From IMG/VR virus record IMGVR_UViG_3300020215_000002: a DNA stretch of 20,000 nucleotides; one strand, 5' to 3'. The position numbers and the translations under genes are program-made. Shown piece after piece: positions 15,618-20,000 of this stretch. The stretch's first letter is position 1. The number at the start of each line of letters is the position of its first letter. The DNA comes from an uncultured virus (IMG/VR IMGVR_UViG_3300020215_000002) (Duplodnaviria > Heunggongvirae > Uroviricota > Caudoviricetes). Below the pieces are notes generated by a model. The model saw nothing but the letters and a program-made list of their open reading frames with translations. It did no database searches and had not been told where the DNA came from.

Positions 15618-16678
15618 CGGTGCCCCTTCGGGACCATGTCCCTCGTCACCCACCCCTGCTTGCACGCCTTGCACCCCTCGCCCCCACACGCCGAACAGAC
15701 GGCGTAAGGCGTGGCCGCGACCAACCCCTCGCGGGCCCCTTCGAGCATCGAAACCCCCTCGTCCACGCAACTCGACACGGCCGCCGGCAGGTGCGGGCAC
15801 TCGCGGAGCTTGCCGACCGCCTTCGCCAGATCGCGCAGGGGGCCGGACAGGATGCCGTCCACGACCGCCACGCACTCCCCGATCCGCCGGGTGTACTCGT
15901 TGAACGGCCTGACGACGGGTTTCGGGAGCGGGACGCCCAGGCGGTCCCGGCTCTGCTCGTCCCGGAGCCGTTCGTACTCGGCCACGGCCTTGTCCGTGTC
16001 CCGTGTGGTCGTGAGGCGCTCGGCAACCGGGGCGTACCGGGCGTCCTTGTCGGCAGCGGCGAACACCTGCTTCCTGGCCCGGAACTCCTGGTACACGGGG
16101 TCCACCGGCTGGCCGTCCTGGCTGACCAGCTCGGCCAGGTCCACGTACCGGTCGGGCTCCCGCTGGGCCGCCTCCAGCACCGCCTGGGCCTTCACCAGCG
16201 TCCGCCCGCTCATCCCCACCGCCTCGCCGATCTTGTCGCGGGCGTCCCCCCGCCGGGCCGGCTCCGCCGCCGCCGCCCCCCCGACCCGGCCCTCGCCTTT
16301 CTTGGCCTGGGCCGCGGCCTTCCGCTTCGCGGCCTCCGGGTTCTCTAACTCTTCCAGCCGCCTCGCCAGTTCCAACTGCTCCTGCCGGGTCAACTGCACG
16401 CGGCACCCGGGGCAGTTCTCGTCGCGCTCCGCCCGCAACGCCTGCACGGCGTCGTCAAAGGCGGGGCTGACATAAGCCCGGATGTGTGACCACCCCAGGC
16501 GGTGGGCCGCCTCCAGCCGCCGCCGGCCGCCGACCACCTCGTACCGGGCGTTCAGGACGACCTCCTGGAGCTGGCCGAGGGCCCGCATCGACTCGACCAG
16601 GACGCCCAGGTCGGCGTCGGTGCCGCGGACGGGGCCGGACCGGCGGATGCGGGACAGGGGGACGGGTTCGGATTTCAT
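15614..16678 (-). CDS. ParB/Srx N-terminal domain protein with HTH and C-terminal CxxC...CxxC
   Basis: VPLSRI...L..S....GQLQ.V.....Y.VV.G.RRL.A...LGW...EN..R..LT..E; RD.IGE.VGMSGRT (HTH); CSACGGEGCKAC. Confidence 0.85.
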   Translation of the reverse strand: MKSEPVPLSRIRRSGPVRGTDADLGVLVESMRALGQLQEVVLNARYEVVGGRRRLEAAHRLGWSHIRAYVSPAFDDAVQALRAERDENCPGCRVQLTRQEQLELARRLEELENPEAAKRKAAAQAKKGEGRVGGAAAAEPARRGDARDKIGEAVGMSGRTLVKAQAVLEAAQREPDRYVDLAELVSQDGQPVDPVYQEFRARKQVFAAADKDARYAPVAERLTTTRDTDKAVAEYERLRDEQSRDRLGVPLPKPVVRPFNEYTRRIGECVAVVDGILSGPLRDLAKAVGKLRECPHLPAAVSSCVDEGVSMLEGAREGLVAATPYAVCSACGGEGCKACKQGWVTRDMVPKGHR

Positions 16679-16711
16679 GCGCGGGAGGGGGTGAGAGGGC
16701 GTACCGTGCCG

Positions 16712-16717
16712 ATTATA
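16712..16717 (-). promoter_or_regulatory. Possible -10 element (TATAAT) for the ParB-like gene
   Basis: Perfect TATAAT 33 nt upstream of the ATG and just downstream of a terminator. Confidence 0.45.
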
Positions 16718-16751
16718 ACCGGCGAGGCGGCCCCCACGAGGAGCGGACGGG

Positions 16752-16790
16752 AAATGAAAAGGGGGCCGCGACCCTTGCGAGTCACGGCCC
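16752..16790 (-). terminator. Rho-independent terminator
   Basis: Minus strand GGGCCGTGACTC-GCAA-GGGTCGCGGCCC (12-bp stem with two G-U pairs, GNRA loop) followed by CCTTTTCATTT. Confidence 0.75.
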
Positions 16791-16856
16791 TGAGCAGCAC
16801 GGTCTGGCCCCCCATCCTACCGGGGCCAAGTGTCCGGTGTGGAATCGTTATCGGCC

Positions 16857-17042
16857 CTACGCCGCCGCCGCCGGCTCCCGCCGGGCCGCCACCACGCGGG
16901 CGAGCATCCCCCGGAGCCGGCGGCGGACGACGGCCAGGTCCTCCGCGTCGCGGGGATCTCGCGTCCCGGTGTAGTCCGCGGCCACGTCGTCCAGGCCGGC
17001 CAGCAGCTCCGTCAGCTTGACCTCCAGCTCAACCGGGTCCAT
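16857..17042 (-). CDS. Hypothetical helical protein, 61 aa (MDPVELEVKL...)
   Basis: GGGGAGG Shine-Dalgarno before the ATG at 17042. Confidence 0.65.
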   Translation of the reverse strand: MDPVELEVKLTELLAGLDDVAADYTGTRDPRDAEDLAVVRRRLRGMLARVVAARREPAAAA

Positions 17043-17127
17043 GTCAGGGCCTCCCCAGGGGTGCGCATCAGGGCGTCCCATCAACACTTACACACATGAT
17101 AGCGCACGGAAGGGGGCGGGTTCGGGG

Positions 17128-17153
17128 AAAACCGGACGGGCGGGTCCGGTTTT
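17128..17153. terminator. Inverted repeat, possible bidirectional terminator
   Basis: AAAACCGGAC-gggcgg-GTCCGGTTTT downstream of the winged-helix gene. Confidence 0.5.
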
Positions 17154-17192
17154 AGGCAGGCGGGGCCTTGGCCGGGCGCCCCCGGCGACGGG

Positions 17193-17504
17193 TCAGGCCG
17201 TGGTCGGCCGTGAGCCGATCCGGGCCAATAGGTCCCGGCCGGCCGTGGTCAGATACCAGATTTTGACGGCCCATTCGCTTTGGTCGGAAAGCGACTCTTT
17301 CACCAGCCCGCGGCGGTCCAGTGCCCGCAGCACCGAGGCGGCGCCGAGGACGTAGTTGCCCCGCGTTCCGCTGGAACGCTTCAGGTGACCACGCCGCCGG
17401 AGCAGGTAGCCGACCGCGTTGGTACTGGGGCCGTGCCGCTCGCTCAGAATGCGAAGCGCCTCGGTCTGCATGTCCGTCAATTTCAGGTCCGTCACCTCGC
17501 TCAT
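17193..17504 (-). CDS. Winged-helix (MarR-like) DNA-binding protein, 103 aa
   Basis: LT..Q...L.IL...VL.AL.RRGLV......W.LT.AGR.LL; ATGA overlap with the upstream ORF. Confidence 0.7.
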   Translation of the reverse strand: MSEVTDLKLTDMQTEALRILSERHGPSTNAVGYLLRRRGHLKRSSGTRGNYVLGAASVLRALDRRGLVKESLSDQSEWAVKIWYLTTAGRDLLARIGSRPTTA

Positions 17505-17701
17505 CTCACGCCCCCCGCCAGCCGGCACGCCGTCCCCAAGTCCCGGCACACCGTCTCGCGGCCATCCGCATGGTACACGCAGATGCGGGTCCGGTTCCCC
17601 GCGGTCCGGAGGTAGACGGGGCGGGCGGTGCCGTTGCTCACCACGACCAGCCTGTCGTTCAATCGGCTCGCGTGCCAGCCGGGCGGGAGGGTGGATGGCA
17701 T
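17501..17701 (-). CDS. Hypothetical protein, 66 aa
   Basis: Coupled to the winged-helix gene; fills the operon gap. Confidence 0.6.
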   Translation of the reverse strand: MPSTLPPGWHASRLNDRLVVVSNGTARPVYLRTAGNRTRICVYHADGRETVCRDLGTACRLAGGVR

Positions 17702-17717
17702 TGTCGGGGGTCCGGGG

Positions 17718-17891
17718 TTAGGCGTTCTTCGGGAACTGCTCCCGGAAACACTCCGGGTGCCATCGGCCGTCGCGGGTGACGATGCACTTCGTGTGGATCG
17801 ATTGCCAGCAGCGGGCGCAATAGTACGTCCGGGACTTCGGCTTCGGCTCCCACGTCCGCTTCCGGTTGTGCCCGGGGAATCCTGTCGTCAT
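17718..17891 (-). CDS. Small zinc-finger protein (C-x2-C-x16-H-x2-C, LIM/PARP-finger-like), about 57 aa
   Basis: CARCWQSI...DGRWHPECF; GGGAGG before ATG 17891, with an alternative leaderless ATG at 17936. Confidence 0.65.
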   Translation of the reverse strand: MTTGFPGHNRKRTWEPKPKSRTYYCARCWQSIHTKCIVTRDGRWHPECFREQFPKNA

Positions 17892-17937
17892 CGTCGCGCC
17901 TCCCGTGGGCGGCCACCGGGTCATTCGCCGCCCCATG

Positions 17938-17972
17938 CCAAAGATTGTATCCACTGGATATCATCTGTCAAC
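17938..17972 (-). promoter_or_regulatory. Leftward sigma70 promoter (TTGACA-16-TACAAT); copy A of the 35-bp inverted repeat
   Basis: Minus strand GTTGACAGATGATATCCAGTGGATACAATCTTTGG; contains the palindrome TATCCAcTGGATA. Confidence 0.8.
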
Positions 17973-17977
17973 ACTGG

Positions 17978-18006
17978 TTGACAAAGAATCTCCAGAATCA
18001 TACCAT
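17978..18006 (+). promoter_or_regulatory. Rightward sigma70 promoter (TTGACA-17-TACCAT) for the RHH and GIY-YIG operon
   Basis: TTGACA at 17978-17983 and TACCAT at 18001-18006, back-to-back with the leftward -35. Confidence 0.7.
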
Positions 18007-18063
18007 GATACCCGTGGGGAACGCTAAGCTACTGAGGTGGCAACATGACCAGCCGAGGGCACA

Positions 18064-18264
18064 ATGGCGAAGAAGAAGGTGGCAAAGCCGGACCAGCACA
18101 AGAGCGGGTTCATGGTTCGGCTACCAGAGGAGTACCGAGAATGCCTGGAGGCGAGGAAGCGGCGGTCCGGGGCACCGGTGACGGTCATCCTCCAGCAGAT
18201 AATCGAGCGGGATTGCCGCCGGGCCGGGGAGTCCTGCCCCCAGAACTGGCCGGACGACTCCTGA
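18064..18264 (+). CDS. Ribbon-helix-helix (Arc-like) regulator, 66 aa
   Basis: FMVRLPEEY...LE.......PVTVILQQII fits the RHH strand-helix-helix pattern; GAGGG upstream. Confidence 0.7.
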   Translation: MAKKKVAKPDQHKSGFMVRLPEEYRECLEARKRRSGAPVTVILQQIIERDCRRAGESCPQNWPDDS

Positions 18265-18713
18265 TGTCGCCGCCCGTGGGCGGCGCGGTCTACTTCCTCA
18301 TGGCCGGGGGAGAGTGCGTCTACATCGGCAGTAGTGCCAAACCGGCGGTCCGGGTCGGCCTCCACCGAACCAAGGAGGGCCGAGCGTTTGAGGCGGCGAT
18401 GTATCTTCCAATCGCCATCGAAGACATGTGGGCCGAAGAACGCCGCTGGATTTCGAGCGTCCACCCCCGTCACAACAAGAGGCACAACCCTTGCCCCGAC
18501 CCGGACAGCCCGTCGTGGGGGACATCCGCAAGGCCGGACCGGTTTTTCGCGTCCAGCGAGATGCCTGTAGAGGTTGTGGCGGCCATTGACGAACGGGCTC
18601 GCCAAGAAGGAAGGTCCCGGTCTGAGCTGATGCACATCGCCTGCCTTTTCTACCTTGAATACGCGCCCGTTACCCCGGCAGAGCCGAACTTGCCGCCAAG
18701 CCCGGATTCTTGA
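18264..18713 (+). CDS. GIY-YIG nuclease-like domain fused to a C-terminal CopG/RHH domain, 149 aa
   Basis: AVYFL.....VYIGSS.....R...H...EE..WI....P..N, then MP.EVVAAIDERARQEGRSRSELM; TGATG coupling at 18264. Confidence 0.75.
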   Translation: MSPPVGGAVYFLMAGGECVYIGSSAKPAVRVGLHRTKEGRAFEAAMYLPIAIEDMWAEERRWISSVHPRHNKRHNPCPDPDSPSWGTSARPDRFFASSEMPVEVVAAIDERARQEGRSRSELMHIACLFYLEYAPVTPAEPNLPPSPDS

Positions 18714-18720
18714 GAAATGA

Positions 18721-18755
18721 GTTGACAGTGGATATCCAGTGACTACAATCTTGGG
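18721..18755 (+). promoter_or_regulatory. Rightward sigma70 promoter (TTGACA-16-TACAAT); copy B of the 35-bp inverted repeat
   Basis: GTTGACAGTGGATATCCAGTGACTACAATCTTGGG is 30/35 identical to copy A; spacer contains the palindrome TGGATATCCA. Confidence 0.8.
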
Positions 18756-18819
18756 TGTGGTGAGCGAATCACCCATCAGACGGCCGCCGCGGTGGCGGCC
18801 CCGAACCGAGGAGCCGGAC

Positions 18820-19077
18820 ATGACCGCGACCATCAAAGTGGGTGACAAAGTTGTCGTCGGTGGCGAGGAGTTGACGATCACTCACGGCGACCAGGAATTC
18901 ACCACGGGAAGCCGCGGCCCAAAGGCGGAAGGCGTCGAAGCTGACGGGGTTGTAGTCGCCCCGTCCAATCTGACCACGACGACCCGGCGGGCCTATCGGG
19001 CGGTGGACGCTCGGGGCGACTCGTGGGCGGTCTTCGCGGAAGACGTCGAGTCGGTCAACGGGGAGGCCGTCCGCTGA
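18820..19077 (+). CDS. Hypothetical SH3/KOW-like beta protein, 85 aa (MTATIKVGDKVVV...)
   Basis: GAGGAG Shine-Dalgarno before ATG 18820; IKVGDKV start; first gene after promoter B. Confidence 0.7.
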   Translation: MTATIKVGDKVVVGGEELTITHGDQEFTTGSRGPKAEGVEADGVVVAPSNLTTTTRRAYRAVDARGDSWAVFAEDVESVNGEAVR

Positions 19078-19084
19078 CCCCCGC

Positions 19085-19110
19085 GGGCCGCCGGCCACCC
19101 CCGGCGGCCC
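19085..19110 (+). other. GC-rich stem-loop
   Basis: GGGCCGCCGG-ccaccc-CCGGCGGCCC is a perfect 10-bp stem with no U-tract. Confidence 0.5.
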
Positions 19111-19186
19111 CCTGTCCCGCGGAATCCGTGTCGCACTTCGGGCCGCGGCCGGGAACAGAGGGTGAGCCCACACCGAGGAGTCCGAC

Positions 19187-19459
19187 ATGCGAACGCTGAT
19201 CGCCTCCGGCACTTGCTCTCGCTGCCGCCGTTCCCGCCCCGTCTGGCGGTCGGCCTACTCGCCGCCGCTGGAGACGCTGGTGGAGTTGATCGAGTGCGAT
19301 ATGTCGGCCCCGGACCGCTGCGACGCCTGCGAACTCCTGGCCCGCCTCGCCGACCCGGCCTACCGCGACCTCTGCTGGCCGGCCGCGGACCGGATGGAGG
19401 CCGACGCCCTGGCGGCCGGGGGCTTGAGGCCGCCCGCGGAGCGGGAGAAGGCACCATGA
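19187..19459 (+). CDS. Hypothetical protein with two CxxC motifs, 90 aa
   Basis: GAGGAG Shine-Dalgarno; CSRC...CDAC. Confidence 0.65.
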   Translation: MRTLIASGTCSRCRRSRPVWRSAYSPPLETLVELIECDMSAPDRCDACELLARLADPAYRDLCWPAADRMEADALAAGGLRPPAEREKAP

Positions 19460-19671
19460 GCATCCTGGACGCCATCCGCCGGTGCGCCTCCCGTCTGGCG
19501 GCGCCCTTTCGGTGGTTCAGCCGCCCGACCGAGGCCCTGGAGGTCCGGGCCTACCACGACGGCACCGGGTTCCGATGGGCGCAGGCCACCCTGCCCGACG
19601 GCCGGGTCGTGCCGGTGGCCATCGAACCGGACGGGACGTTCTATGTCGAGTGGTGGGTGAAGCAGACGTGA
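19456..19671 (+). CDS. Hypothetical protein, 71 aa (MSILDAIRR...)
   Basis: ATGA overlap with the previous stop; GGAG upstream. Confidence 0.6.
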   Translation: MSILDAIRRCASRLAAPFRWFSRPTEALEVRAYHDGTGFRWAQATLPDGRVVPVAIEPDGTFYVEWWVKQT

Positions 19672-19695
19672 CCGCCCCCCAACGGAGGACCCCCG

Positions 19696-19986
19696 TTGCC
19701 TGACCCCATCACCCCCGAGCAGCACGCCGACCGCGTGATGCACGTCACCAAGCACGCCGGGGTCCGGTACGCCGACGACGGCGAGATGCGGGCCGCGATC
19801 CTGGGGGCAATTCGGGAGGCGGTCGAAGCCGAGCGAGAGCAGGCCCGGCTGCTGTACGGCGCGGGTTCGTCGAATGGGGATGTGCTCGACTGGCTGGCCG
19901 CGTGGGTAGACGACCCGGACAACCAATGCACGGTGTCCGCCCTGAAACTCTTTGCCGCGCGTGCCCGCCGTATCCGGGGCGGCTGA
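19696..19986 (+). CDS. Hypothetical protein, 96 aa
   Basis: TTG start with GGAGGA Shine-Dalgarno. Confidence 0.6.
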   Translation: MPDPITPEQHADRVMHVTKHAGVRYADDGEMRAAILGAIREAVEAEREQARLLYGAGSSNGDVLDWLAAWVDDPDNQCTVSALKLFAARARRIRGG

Positions 19987-20000
19987 CGCCCCCGCGGCCC

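Noticed and set aside
1..20000. CRISPR array, tRNA, integrase/att site, DGR or IS element
   Set aside because: No regularly spaced repeats, cloverleaf, recombinase, reverse transcriptase or transposase recognised by eye.

Overview
This window is a high-GC tailed-phage or prophage segment, most likely infecting a Planctomycete. The host inference rests on an N-terminal Clp repeat domain that closely resembles planctomycete ClpC and on a motif I recall from planctomycete hypothetical proteins. Most of 1-14.7 kb is a minus-strand HK97-type DNA packaging and head module. In transcription order it reads: KTSC protein, TerS, TerL, small ORF, portal, stand-alone ClpC N-domain protein, sigma-70-family factor, prohead protease, coiled-coil ORF, 536-aa protein with repeated HPR motifs, major capsid protein, two paralogous decoration-like proteins, small ORFs, DUF268-like methyltransferase and radical SAM/SPASM enzyme. 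The right end holds a ParB-like gene, small early-type ORFs and a probable regulatory switch: two near-identical outward-facing sigma70 promoters (35-bp inverted repeat) flanking RHH and GIY-YIG-RHH genes. No tail, integrase, tRNA or CRISPR features are visible. The most unusual signals are the ClpC N-domain protein and sigma factor inserted between portal and protease, a shared C-terminal RxREFI tag on two unrelated proteins, a possibly protease-processed head polyprotein, a recurring GGTARAATGGC promoter motif and a structured 5' leader on the capsid gene. All protein calls come from motif recognition by eye; no database searches were run.
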